A DNA stretch of 64,000 nt from an uncultured Clostridia bacterium. GTDB taxonomy: Bacteria; Bacillota; Clostridia; TANB77; CAG-508. The translations under genes and the position numbers were made by a program. This document shows, piece by piece, positions 20,975 to 30,445 of the stretch (the first letter of the stretch is position 1; every line of letters begins with the position of its first letter). The notes under the pieces are model-generated. The model saw only the letters and a list, made by a program, of their open reading frames with translations. It made no database searches and was not told the DNA's origin. The stretch is taken from positions 1,982 through 65,981 of the forward strand of contig CAKPBB010000007.1 in the NCBI GenBank assembly GCA_934140005.1, in the 5' to 3' direction.

Positions 20975-22180
20975 TTAATCAATTTCATTAGCTCTACGTT
21001 CTTTTTCTAAATTATAAAGTGCGTCTTCTGTTGAAACTAATGTTATTTTTCCTTCTGTAATATATCTTTTAGTTGTTGCTGTAAAATAATAGTTTGAGTA
21101 TAATTTTATACCCATTGGATTATTATTTTCTATATCTATTATTACTCCTATAGCTGGATATGCTAAGTATAATTTTCCATTATCTTTATCATATTCATAT
21201 GCTTCATAGCTTTGCCATAAAGATGTTACTTGATTTGCAAATAATTCTAAATTTCTGTTTTGAATATACTCACTCAAATATGTTTCAAATTTTGTATGTT
21301 CGTAGTAACTATATCCATAGGCTGAAATTTCGTCTTCATAAATAAACAAATATAGATCTTTAGTTCTATATCCAAGCATTCCCTCCACAATACTACCAAA
21401 TGCATTGTCTGGATACTCATTTTTTATGTCATTTAAATCTGTACCAACTTTTATATCATGTAATACGTTTTCTTCAAAGCTTGATAAAAATACAATATTT
21501 CTGACTCTTCCAGCAGATACTCTAGCTTTAATTGTTTTATTCAAATAATAATTATATCTATTATCAGCAGTTCTCCCCTCTAAGTTGCCAAAATCACTTG
21601 AAATAAACATATTGTTTTCTACCAATTTAAGTAAAATATTATACGTAGATGGTATTGCTTGATATTTAGCAATCTCTGTATTTTTTTCAACTTCTACATA
21701 TAAATCTCCATCTAGTTTATCAAAATAATTACTTTGATTATTTATTTTGTAAGATAATTCTCCTTTTTCCAAATCACAATTTATTTCTATCTGTATGTCT
21801 TTTTTCGAATCATATAAGTAAAATCTTGTTACAGATAATTTTTTAGAGCAAGCATTTATTAAACTTTCAAAATAATCTTTATTATTAGTTCCATCATCAT
21901 TATATAAATTTTTTCCAAAATATAAATAAATTGCTTCTGTTGGTGATTTTACTTCTTTTACAAACACACAACCATAATCTTCTAATAATGACTTCATATT
22001 GCTATACGTAGCACTATTGTCATAAACTGAATTTTCTAAATCTTGCTTGTTTTCTAATAACTTTTTTTGTTTTTGTGTATTTTTTTCTTTCTTTAAAATT
22101 CCAAATAAAATAGAGGCTAATATAAATAGTATTATAAAACTAACTATAATAATTGTTTTAATTATCTTGTCTGTTTTCAT
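20975..22180 (-). CDS. Membrane-anchored extracytoplasmic protein, unknown function
   Basis: N-terminal TM IIIVSFIILFILASILFGIL. Shares opening motifs with 19419-20963. Confidence 0.55.
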   Translation of the reverse strand: MKTDKIIKTIIIVSFIILFILASILFGILKKEKNTQKQKKLLENKQDLENSVYDNSATYSNMKSLLEDYGCVFVKEVKSPTEAIYLYFGKNLYNDDGTNNKDYFESLINACSKKLSVTRFYLYDSKKDIQIEINCDLEKGELSYKINNQSNYFDKLDGDLYVEVEKNTEIAKYQAIPSTYNILLKLVENNMFISSDFGNLEGRTADNRYNYYLNKTIKARVSAGRVRNIVFLSSFEENVLHDIKVGTDLNDIKNEYPDNAFGSIVEGMLGYRTKDLYLFIYEDEISAYGYSYYEHTKFETYLSEYIQNRNLELFANQVTSLWQSYEAYEYDKDNGKLYLAYPAIGVIIDIENNNPMGIKLYSNYYFTATTKRYITEGKITLVSTEDALYNLEKERRANEID

Positions 22181-22209
22181 TTACTTTTATATTTCACCTC
22201 CTACATTAT

Positions 22210-23478
22210 TTAATGTTTTCCTTTAGGTTTTCCAATAGCTTTCAAGTGATCTATTGATTTACTATTATTTAATCCAAATATATTTCTTACTATTTTTTCT
22301 GCTGATGGAATTGCCATAAAGAACAATAATCCAAACATCGGTGCATATTTGGTAATTTCTCCAGCCGTAAATGCAAATATTAAATATAAAATTGCATGTA
22401 TTGGTTGAATAAATATATGTATAATTAATTCTTTAAACCAAGCACTAAATGCTTGTGCCTTATTGTCTCCCATTTTATCAATTGGATAAGTTACTGTAAT
22501 GAATGGTGCTATAATTATTAAAAATCCTAACATAATTGTTCTTTTCATATATAATAAGAAAAATCTCAAATGTGAAAAAGCGACACACCAAAGCATTAAA
22601 GTAAGTACCATTAATTGACTACCTGAAGATGTAAATAACTTAACCATTAATGTATTTACAAAATCTTGTTCAAAACTAATTGTTCCTGTAGCACTTATGC
22701 TATTTTTTATTTTATATGTAATATCAACTAATAATTTTCCAAGTACCATTATAGCTTGAATTATATATTGTAGCATAAATAATATGATAATTGATTCCAC
22801 CCAAGATATAAGCATTTTTTTATATTTTGCTCTATCTGAAGCCACTGTTGACATTGCCATTCTAATTCCAACATAAATTAATACTAAAAGTGAAATTGCA
22901 AGTGATAATATTCTTGCTATATAAAACCATTTAGCAACATTTTCTTTTATACTAATCATTGATGTAGGAATTTGAACTTCATTATCTCCATCATCGCCTA
23001 CACTACCAAAAAAATTATATTTTTTTACAGTAGAGTTAAAATCAAAATAATCAATATTGAATAATCCTATTTCATTAAATACAGTTTTTTCTATTGTGAA
23101 TGAAAATTTGTTATCTGAAGTTGTCAATGTATTTAAAATATCAGTACCACTTGCACTAACAACCGTTAGTAAAACTTCAGATGTAAGTGGAATTATATTA
23201 AATAGCATACAAACTATTCCTAATACTGCATTTATTGTAGCCCCTGCTGCTGAAAAAATATCAAAATTTTGTGTTTTTCCAGTTCTAGGATCTGATGTAC
23301 TACCTTCATATGTCAAATCATTAATCATATTGTTGCTATATGTCATATTTTGTCTTCCAACCATTGGAATAGAACTTGATGAAGCATCTGTTTCAGCAGT
23401 TTCTGCACTACAATAACTAGTAAATATGAAGTTAAACAATATTAGCACACATATAAGTGACCATAATATTCGTTTCAT
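22210..23478 (-). CDS. VirB6/TrbL-like polytopic membrane protein (paralog A, compact 422-aa form)
   Basis: Signal peptide, N-module, then VAKWFYIARILSLAISLLVLIYVGIRMAMSTVASDR...WFKELIIHIFIQPIHAILYLIFA. Lies immediately downstream of the VirB4-like gene. Confidence 0.6.
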   Translation of the reverse strand: MKRILWSLICVLILFNFIFTSYCSAETAETDASSSSIPMVGRQNMTYSNNMINDLTYEGSTSDPRTGKTQNFDIFSAAGATINAVLGIVCMLFNIIPLTSEVLLTVVSASGTDILNTLTTSDNKFSFTIEKTVFNEIGLFNIDYFDFNSTVKKYNFFGSVGDDGDNEVQIPTSMISIKENVAKWFYIARILSLAISLLVLIYVGIRMAMSTVASDRAKYKKMLISWVESIIILFMLQYIIQAIMVLGKLLVDITYKIKNSISATGTISFEQDFVNTLMVKLFTSSGSQLMVLTLMLWCVAFSHLRFFLLYMKRTIMLGFLIIIAPFITVTYPIDKMGDNKAQAFSAWFKELIIHIFIQPIHAILYLIFAFTAGEITKYAPMFGLLFFMAIPSAEKIVRNIFGLNNSKSIDHLKAIGKPKGKH

Positions 23479-23496
23479 AGCTTTCTCTTTCTTTTA

Positions 23497-25482
23497 TTAT
23501 TGTTTTTCTGCTTCTTTTCTTGCTTTTTCTAGTGCAGCTTGTTTGCTTAAATTTGTTTCCATAAATTCAAATTCCTTCTTTGTTGGTTGAATTGCAAGAA
23601 TTGCTGAATCCCCACCAACTCTAAGAAGTCCTTCACCTCTACTACATGTAATTAAGAAACTAGCTTCACCTTCACTAAGTTTGAAAACTTCTCTTAGGTA
23701 TTCTATTTCTGATTTATCTTGTGCTAAAAATAATTTTGTTTCTGAAGAAGTTAAAACTGCTTGAACCTCTTTCTTCTCATAGAAATCTTGGAATTTCTGT
23801 GAAATTACTGCAAGAGATACATTTCTTTTTCTGGCTCTTCTGGCCATTGTATTTAAGAAATCAACAGCTTCTGGATAAGGTAATAGCATCCAAGCCTCAT
23901 CAACAAGAACTCTTTTCTTAGCGGCTTTAGCTTTATCTTCACTATTTTTCTTTACATATTTTTCCCAAACCCATGAAAGCATTATTTGTTGTGCCAAAGG
24001 TCTAGCAAATCTTTCTTCTAGTTGAGAAATATCAATATTTATAAATGGCATTCCTTCTGATAATTCAAATGTTGATTGTCCGTCAAAATAAGCCATCTGC
24101 CCTTGATATTCTCTTGTATATTGTTTCATAACTTTAACTAAATAACTATAGTGGAAACGATAATCTTGGTTAGTATTTTCTTCTGCTTTTCTACAAATTC
24201 TTCTATACCAAGAGCCTATTGTAGGCATTTGTTTCTTAGTTCTTCCTAAATAATTTGAATTTATTTCAAATCTTCTATTATCATCTTTTACATATAGACT
24301 TTCTACATTATCTGTAATTCCAAGCGCTGCATATTCTTCTAAAACGGCTTCAGAAATAATTTGTTTTGTAAGTTCATTTACTTCTTTACTTCTTGTGCTA
24401 CCTCTTGCCATTGTAAGTAAACCTTGTGTAACGTCTTCAACTTTATTTTCAACACTTAAAATTGTTCTTTCTTTTCCAGTTATTTCATCTTTTATGTTTT
24501 CTGGTTCTATATCAAATAAATTAATAATTGTTTTTGATGTTGGACTTAATACAACATTAACCCCACCAAGAGCCTCAGCAACTGCACCATACTCACCTTC
24601 AGCATCTAGTGCCAAACTATCAATTCCCATTAAAATTGATGAACGTGCTGTAATTGTTTTAATTGTAACAGATTTACCTGCACCAGACTTACCAAAAATT
24701 ACCATATTATAATTTGTTAATTTTGAGCTAAAATTATCATATAATATTGGTAGTCCTGTTTGTTTATTAAAGCCTAAAGGAATTCCATTTTCATGACCTA
24801 CATCTGATGTAAAAAATGGAAATACTGTTGACATAGCTCGTCTATCAAAAGTATGTGATTTTGATATCTTATTATCAACAAATGGCATATTTGATCTAAA
24901 AGCTTCATCTTGCATAGCCCAAGCTGGTTTTACATCTATTAGATTCTTTGACATTTCACTTGATAGAAGTTCTGTATACTTTTCTAGTTCGTCCATACTA
25001 TAAGCAAATATAGTTGCTATTATTGATGAATCAAATAGCTTATTAAAGCCTGCGGCAATAGCATCTCTTAATTGTTCTGCTTCTTCTCTTTTTTGGGCTA
25101 ATATTCTTTCCCTGTTTATATCTCCTCTATCTAATGCCACAATTCTTTCTGATTCAATTTCGTTGATTGTTCTATTTAAATCTGTTTGTGAACTTGCTTC
25201 ACTAATAGGATTTATAAATACAGATACATTTAAATCTCCAAAAGTATACATTCCTCTTAAAAATTCTGGGAATGTACACATTCTTGGTAAATTTGCAACT
25301 ATCATACTTCTTGCATATCTTGTTCTTGATGAAGCTATTTCTATATGATTTGTATAACTTGCATCAATTCCACCTGGAGCAATCAAACTTTTTATATTAT
25401 TTTCATTTTTCTTGAATACACTTTTTGTTTCTTCACTTTTTGGTGTTTCTAAATCATTTGCTTCATTTTTACTTGAAAACAT
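23497..25482 (-). CDS. VirB4/TrsE-like T4SS ATPase
   Basis: Walker A IFGKSGAGKS, Walker B RVLVDEAWML. The N-terminal ...GGIDASYTNHIEI...YARSMIVANLPR... is typical of Gram-positive VirB4 homologs. Good RBS (GGAGG). Confidence 0.85.
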   Translation of the reverse strand: MFSSKNEANDLETPKSEETKSVFKKNENNIKSLIAPGGIDASYTNHIEIASSRTRYARSMIVANLPRMCTFPEFLRGMYTFGDLNVSVFINPISEASSQTDLNRTINEIESERIVALDRGDINRERILAQKREEAEQLRDAIAAGFNKLFDSSIIATIFAYSMDELEKYTELLSSEMSKNLIDVKPAWAMQDEAFRSNMPFVDNKISKSHTFDRRAMSTVFPFFTSDVGHENGIPLGFNKQTGLPILYDNFSSKLTNYNMVIFGKSGAGKSVTIKTITARSSILMGIDSLALDAEGEYGAVAEALGGVNVVLSPTSKTIINLFDIEPENIKDEITGKERTILSVENKVEDVTQGLLTMARGSTRSKEVNELTKQIISEAVLEEYAALGITDNVESLYVKDDNRRFEINSNYLGRTKKQMPTIGSWYRRICRKAEENTNQDYRFHYSYLVKVMKQYTREYQGQMAYFDGQSTFELSEGMPFINIDISQLEERFARPLAQQIMLSWVWEKYVKKNSEDKAKAAKKRVLVDEAWMLLPYPEAVDFLNTMARRARKRNVSLAVISQKFQDFYEKKEVQAVLTSSETKLFLAQDKSEIEYLREVFKLSEGEASFLITCSRGEGLLRVGGDSAILAIQPTKKEFEFMETNLSKQAALEKARKEAEKQ

Positions 25483-25498
25483 TTCTTTTCCTCCTTCT

Positions 25499-26767
25499 TT
25501 AGTTTTCTGAAGTTCTTCTTCTAACTATTTTCTTTTTTGGAGCATCTACACTTCTTGCTGTTTCTTCCTTAACCACAGGAGTATTTTTCTTTTGTTTTTC
25601 ATCTATTGTTTTTTCTACTTCTTTTTTAGCTAATTTATAAACTTTTGGATCTAATTGATCTTCATAAGTATCTAATAATTCTAATGCTTTTTCTTTTACT
25701 TTTTGATCTTTATTTAATTGTCTTGATAATTCTTCTTGTTGTTTCATCTTATCTGCTTTTAATATACTATCTGTTGCAATATCAATTGCTTCAAGATTTA
25801 TCTCTCTATCCATTTTCTCTTGTTTCTTTTGCAATACATCTTTACCTGAACTATATAGTGCATCATACTGTGCATCTAAAGCCTTTGATAATTGTAATAA
25901 TTCCGCTTCATCTCTGTTATAAGCAATATATAATAATTCTGCTAATTCTTCTGAATCTAATATTTTACTTGTAATTTGTGATGTTGCTAAAGCACTAGCA
26001 ATGTTTTGGCATCTTGTATATAATTCTGAAAAACACATATTATATATTTCTTCTTTTGTATAATTTCCAAGTCCTCCACCTATTTCAGCAGAATAATAAG
26101 AAACTACAACATAAGTCTTTTGTTGAAGTACGTTTCTATTTGAACTTAATTTTTCAACATAATCTGTAATGTTAATACCATATTCTAAAACATTTACTTT
26201 TCTTTTTCGTTCAAATTGTAATTTTTCAACTAAAGATCTATTTCCTTGTGCTTTTGCTTGTGCAATTCTTGCATCTAATTTATCAATATCTTCTGACAAA
26301 TTATTTACTCTTCCCTTATATGTAGCAATTATATCTCTCAAGTTTAAAGTTCTACTTTGAATATATAATTGAATTGGAAATCTTAAAGTATTTAAAAATT
26401 GAACAAATCCCTCTTCAACAGCTATTTTTTCTTGCTCACTCATTAAGTCATAATTTACGCCATTGCATTGAAGAACCATTATGAATTGTGTGCCATTTTT
26501 TCTAACAATCATATTATCAACAATTTCATCAAATTCCATAAATTGATAAATTGATTCTGTTGTCAATTCACCTTGAAATCTACCATAGTTATCAATTTTC
26601 TTTTCTTTTTCTTTAGAGTTATCACTATCTACATCACTGGCTATAATTTTACTTTCTTCTTTTTTAGTCTTTGGTCTTAGCAAATATATATATAATGCTA
26701 TTAATAAAAACATTATGAAAAATATTACGAAAATTAATATCTGTAACATAGGAATCATACTATCCAT
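25499..26767 (-). CDS. TM protein with a VirB4-N-terminal-like domain and a long coiled coil, but no ATPase domain
   Basis: IVDNMIVRKNGTQFIMVLQCNGVNYDLMSEQEKIAVEEGFVQFLNTLRFPIQLYIQS resembles the N-terminal domain of Tn916-Orf16-type VirB4 proteins (from memory). No P-loop. Its start abuts the stop of the PrgI-like gene. Confidence 0.4.
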   Translation of the reverse strand: MDSMIPMLQILIFVIFFIMFLLIALYIYLLRPKTKKEESKIIASDVDSDNSKEKEKKIDNYGRFQGELTTESIYQFMEFDEIVDNMIVRKNGTQFIMVLQCNGVNYDLMSEQEKIAVEEGFVQFLNTLRFPIQLYIQSRTLNLRDIIATYKGRVNNLSEDIDKLDARIAQAKAQGNRSLVEKLQFERKRKVNVLEYGINITDYVEKLSSNRNVLQQKTYVVVSYYSAEIGGGLGNYTKEEIYNMCFSELYTRCQNIASALATSQITSKILDSEELAELLYIAYNRDEAELLQLSKALDAQYDALYSSGKDVLQKKQEKMDREINLEAIDIATDSILKADKMKQQEELSRQLNKDQKVKEKALELLDTYEDQLDPKVYKLAKKEVEKTIDEKQKKNTPVVKEETARSVDAPKKKIVRRRTSEN

Positions 26768-27103
26768 CTATTTGTCCTCCTTTGTATAGCTGTAAATCTT
26801 TCTATTCTTTTTAAATTTGAAATATCTAATAATAATTTCACTTAATGGCTCTCCACCAATTTTTTTAGTAATTGGAATACTCACTATAGTTGGTATTTTA
26901 ACTGCTCCAACTACATATCCCAAAACACCACAAAGAGCTGTTATTATTAGTCCAACAGTTTTCATATTTAGTACCATAAATATTAATAAAAATATTGAAC
27001 CTATAACAGCACCTATTGCAGTTGAAATTAAAGATTTTACAGTAAATATATATAAGAATCTTGTTTCTCCTTTATAATTACGAGGTATATAATATGTTCC
27101 CAT
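26768..27103 (-). CDS. PrgI/TcpE (VirB3-like) small membrane protein
   Basis: 111 aa. Has YYIPRNYKGETRFLYIFTVKSLI followed by two hydrophobic helices, and sits just upstream of the VirB4-type genes. Confidence 0.55.
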   Translation of the reverse strand: MGTYYIPRNYKGETRFLYIFTVKSLISTAIGAVIGSIFLLIFMVLNMKTVGLIITALCGVLGYVVGAVKIPTIVSIPITKKIGGEPLSEIIIRYFKFKKNRKIYSYTKEDK

Positions 27104-27144
27104 ACATTTCTCCTTTGTTTAATAATTTTATTAAAACTTTTATT

Positions 27145-27537
27145 CTAAAATTTTTCTACAATTGAAATAACTATCTTCCAAATGAAATATGCACCAAAAA
27201 TAACAAAACCTGAAACAACTAAACCAATTAATTGTTGTTTTAATTTAGCTTGCGCTTCTGGAGTAGCTGTAATATATTTTATTCCCATATATAAAGTAAC
27301 AGCAACTAAAACACCTGCACCAATAGTTGTTAAAATTGAACCTAAATCAACTAAATCTTCAAAAATGTTTTCACCATTTACATTGCCAGCTCCATCTTTT
27401 CCTTTATTCAAAAATGTTTGTGTTTGATTTTGCATCTCACTTAATGTTAGAGCTTCTACTTTTGATGTATTCACTAAAGATAAACTTATTATAAAGAAAG
27501 CTATCAATGTAATTAAAACTTTTTTTGTTATTTTCAT
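27145..27537 (-). CDS. VirB2/TrbC-like pilin paralog 1 (most divergent)
   Basis: Signal peptide, variable segment, then TM, a charged loop and a second TM: GAGVLVAVTLYMGIKYITATPEAQAKLKQQLIGLVVSGFVIFGAYFIW. Confidence 0.6.
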   Translation of the reverse strand: MKITKKVLITLIAFFIISLSLVNTSKVEALTLSEMQNQTQTFLNKGKDGAGNVNGENIFEDLVDLGSILTTIGAGVLVAVTLYMGIKYITATPEAQAKLKQQLIGLVVSGFVIFGAYFIWKIVISIVEKF

Positions 27538-27715
27538 TATTGTTCCTCCACATACTATTTCATTTAGACCATTATAATTTTATTATAAAGAATTATTGTA
27601 CATTTTTCAACATATTTCAAGCAAAATATATATTTTTAATAGAAATGTAATAAAATTTTCAACGTAATATTTTTGTTAATTTTTATATTCATTTTTATAA
27701 AGCTTACGCATATTC

Positions 27716-27750
27716 AAAAAAAGATATGTTAGCTTTTAACATATCTTTTT
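27716..27750 (-). terminator. Rho-independent terminator after pilin paralog 2
   Basis: 13-bp perfect stem (27719-27731 / 27737-27749), 5-nt loop, T run on the transcribed strand. Confidence 0.7.
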
Positions 27751-27754
27751 AAAC

Positions 27755-28135
27755 CTATTCCGGATTTCCTAAAACTCCATTTGTAAAATTAGCAACTAAA
27801 GCAACTAAATTCACACCAGCAAATAGTAAAATGCAACCAATTACAATTGGCATTGCTTTATTTTTTATAGTAGCTTTTTCTTCAACACTTGATACCATAT
27901 ATTTAGCTCCAAGTATTGTAACCGTAATAACTGCAATTGCTGTGCCACCTAATTGTAAATAACCAATAATATCATTTAAAATTGCATTTACACCTGTATT
28001 CGTACCACCACTAGTATCTAACTTTGATACATTTTTCATTGACTCTAGGTCTAATTCAAATCCTGCTGCATTTACATTTACAGCATATATCAAGATAAAA
28101 AATATTGTTAATGTAATTACAAATATTTTTTTCAT
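27755..28135 (-). CDS. VirB2/TrbC-like pilin paralog 2
   Basis: Signal peptide, then GGTAIAVITVTILGAKYMVSSVEEKATIKNKAMPIVIGCILLFAG. Confidence 0.6.
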   Translation of the reverse strand: MKKIFVITLTIFFILIYAVNVNAAGFELDLESMKNVSKLDTSGGTNTGVNAILNDIIGYLQLGGTAIAVITVTILGAKYMVSSVEEKATIKNKAMPIVIGCILLFAGVNLVALVANFTNGVLGNPE

Positions 28136-28164
28136 AATCCATCATTCCTTTCTTAAGTTATATT

Positions 28165-28548
28165 CTATTCAACTTTTATGCTATTATCTGCAAAATCTCT
28201 TATTATTGTTACTAGGAAACTAGCTCCCATCATTACAACAGCACCTATAACATATACTGTTGCACCTTTTTTGATTTCTGCTCTATCATTTGGAGATGAA
28301 ACCATATATTTAATTGCAAGAACTGTTAACATTATAATAGCAATTGCAGCTGTTGCTATTCTTACGGCATCAAGTATTCCTGCAAATAAATTTGTAACTT
28401 CATTACTTCCTTGTAAATCAGATCCACTTGAACCACCAAAACTACTTGTAATCTCAGAACCGCTTACAGCAAAAACCTGTGAAAATATTGCAAATATAAA
28501 TAAACTTATTAATAAAAGAATACTAATTTTTTTTATATATTTCTTCAT
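28165..28548 (-). CDS. VirB2/TrbC-like pilin paralog 3
   Basis: AAIAIIMLTVLAIKYMVSSPNDRAEIKKGATVYVIGAVVMMGA. The start was moved to ATG 28548 (MKKYIKK). Confidence 0.6.
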   Translation of the reverse strand: MKKYIKKISILLLISLFIFAIFSQVFAVSGSEITSSFGGSSGSDLQGSNEVTNLFAGILDAVRIATAAIAIIMLTVLAIKYMVSSPNDRAEIKKGATVYVIGAVVMMGASFLVTIIRDFADNSIKVE

Positions 28549-28703
28549 ATAAATCTTTCCCTTCACTATTCATATAAGGCTATATGTTCCTTTACACACT
28601 ATTATATTAATTATAAACTATTTAAATATTTTTTTCAACATCAGTGCTAAAATTTATCAAATCATTTTCTTTTACTGAATTTTTCGACATATTTTTTATT
28701 TTC

Positions 28704-28734
28704 ATACCATATATGTCATTTTATATGGTATAAT
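28704..28734 (+). promoter_or_regulatory. Extended -10 promoter (TGgTATAAT) overlapped by a 10-bp perfect inverted repeat
   Basis: TGGTATAAT lies at 28726-28734, 27 nt before ATG 28762. ATACCATATA (28704-28713) and TATATGGTAT (28722-28731) are perfect inverted arms. Confidence 0.4.
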
Positions 28735-28761
28735 ATCTAAAAATTTATTTGGAGGTTTAAA

Positions 28762-30366
28762 ATGAAAAAAATATCAAAAAATAAAGTATTTTTTATTTTT
28801 TCATGCTTAGCAATTGCCTTTTTCACAGCAGCATTAGTTCCAAAAACATTTCAAAATGATACTTTTTTCAATATTTCTATTGGAAAATATATTTTAAATA
28901 ATGGTATTGATATGCAAGAACATTTTTCATGGGTACCAAATCTAGCTTATACTTATTCCCACTGGGCATTTGATATAATTATATATCTTTTATACAATTG
29001 TTGGAATTTTACAGGTATCTATGTTTTTACAATTATTTTTTCAGCAATTATAGCTGTTACTTTATTTACTCTATTATCAAAAGCATATAAAACTCCTGTT
29101 TCTGCTTTTTTAGTAACAGCTGTTTCTGTCTTCGTAGTAAAAGATGCATTTACAGCACGTTCACAAATAATATCTTTCTTATGTTTTATAATTGAAATAT
29201 ATTGTTTAGAACAATTTATAGAAACAAATAAAAAAAGATATCCTTTAATATTAGTTGCATTATCAATAGTTATAGCAAATTTTCATGCAGCAACTTGGCC
29301 TTTAATTTTAGTTTTATTTTTACCATATCTTGCTGCTGGATTTTTCAATCTAATTTCTTGTAAAAACATTTATACTTTTTTAGCTAATTTTAAAGAAAAA
29401 CAATTACAAAAATTAGATATAAATTCTTCTAAGGCAACTAAATGCAAAGAAGATATTGAATATTATAAAAAACTAGCAAAAGATAAAATTTTATCTGATA
29501 AATCAAAATTACAATTAAGAAATGATTACAACTTTAAAAATTTAATTATTGTGTTCATCATAATTTCACTTACAGGTTTAATTACACCAATACATGGTGT
29601 ACCTTATACATATATAATAAAATCTATGACTGGAACAAGCAATTTTGAAAATGCAGTTTCAATTGATTACATTAGTGAAATGCAACCAATTATTCCCGTA
29701 GGCAGTTTAGCATTTTTTGTTTTTTTAAGTTTGATTATTTTTACACTAGCATTCATGCCAACCAAAATAAAAGTAGAACATGGATTTTTAATACTAGGTC
29801 TTTTAATAATGACACTATATAGCAGACGCTATGTATATTTATTAGTTCTACTTAGTGCATTTCCAATTTGTGAACTTATTTCACAATGTGTTAACAAAGA
29901 TACGGAAAAGCAAATTGAAAATTCCATATTATCATTTATATTATGTATATGTTCAATAATCTTTCTATTTGTAAGTATTTTTAATAAACAAGAAGATCCT
30001 TATGTAGATGAAACAAAATATCCTACAAAAGTAGTAGATTATATAAAAGAAAATGTAGATTACAAAAATATGAGAATTTATAATTCTTATGATAATGGAA
30101 GTTATTTGATGTTAAATGATATTCCTGTTTTCATAGATTCTAGGCTAGATGTTTATTGTAGCGAATTTAATGATACTGATGTTTTTAAAGACTACATCTA
30201 TGTAACAGCTGGAAAAGCAAATTATGAGAATATTTTCTCAAAATATGATTTTACACATATTTTATTATATAAAAAAGAAATTGCTAATCAATATATTACA
30301 AATGATACAAATTACAAATTATTATATGAAGATGAATATTTCTCTTTTTATCAAAAATTAAATTAA
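28762..30366 (+). CDS. Polytopic membrane protein with a C-terminal soluble domain; possible GT-C-fold glycosyltransferase, embedded in the pilin array on the opposite strand
   Basis: About 11-13 hydrophobic helices, a first-loop acidic/aromatic motif (QNDTFFNISIGKYIL) and a GGAGG RBS. The functional call rests on topology only. Confidence 0.35.
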   Translation: MKKISKNKVFFIFSCLAIAFFTAALVPKTFQNDTFFNISIGKYILNNGIDMQEHFSWVPNLAYTYSHWAFDIIIYLLYNCWNFTGIYVFTIIFSAIIAVTLFTLLSKAYKTPVSAFLVTAVSVFVVKDAFTARSQIISFLCFIIEIYCLEQFIETNKKRYPLILVALSIVIANFHAATWPLILVLFLPYLAAGFFNLISCKNIYTFLANFKEKQLQKLDINSSKATKCKEDIEYYKKLAKDKILSDKSKLQLRNDYNFKNLIIVFIIISLTGLITPIHGVPYTYIIKSMTGTSNFENAVSIDYISEMQPIIPVGSLAFFVFLSLIIFTLAFMPTKIKVEHGFLILGLLIMTLYSRRYVYLLVLLSAFPICELISQCVNKDTEKQIENSILSFILCICSIIFLFVSIFNKQEDPYVDETKYPTKVVDYIKENVDYKNMRIYNSYDNGSYLMLNDIPVFIDSRLDVYCSEFNDTDVFKDYIYVTAGKANYENIFSKYDFTHILLYKKEIANQYITNDTNYKLLYEDEYFSFYQKLN

Positions 30367-30387
30367 ATCTTATTTCTATGCACATAT

Positions 30388-30430
30388 AAAAATACTGTTG
30401 ATATATTTTCTCTTATCAACAGTATTTTTT
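30388..30430. terminator. Bidirectional terminator between convergent genes
   Basis: 16-bp perfect stem AAAAATACTGTTGATA / TATCAACAGTATTTTT with a 10-nt loop. Confidence 0.75.
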
Positions 30431-30445
30431 ATATTTTTAAAATTA

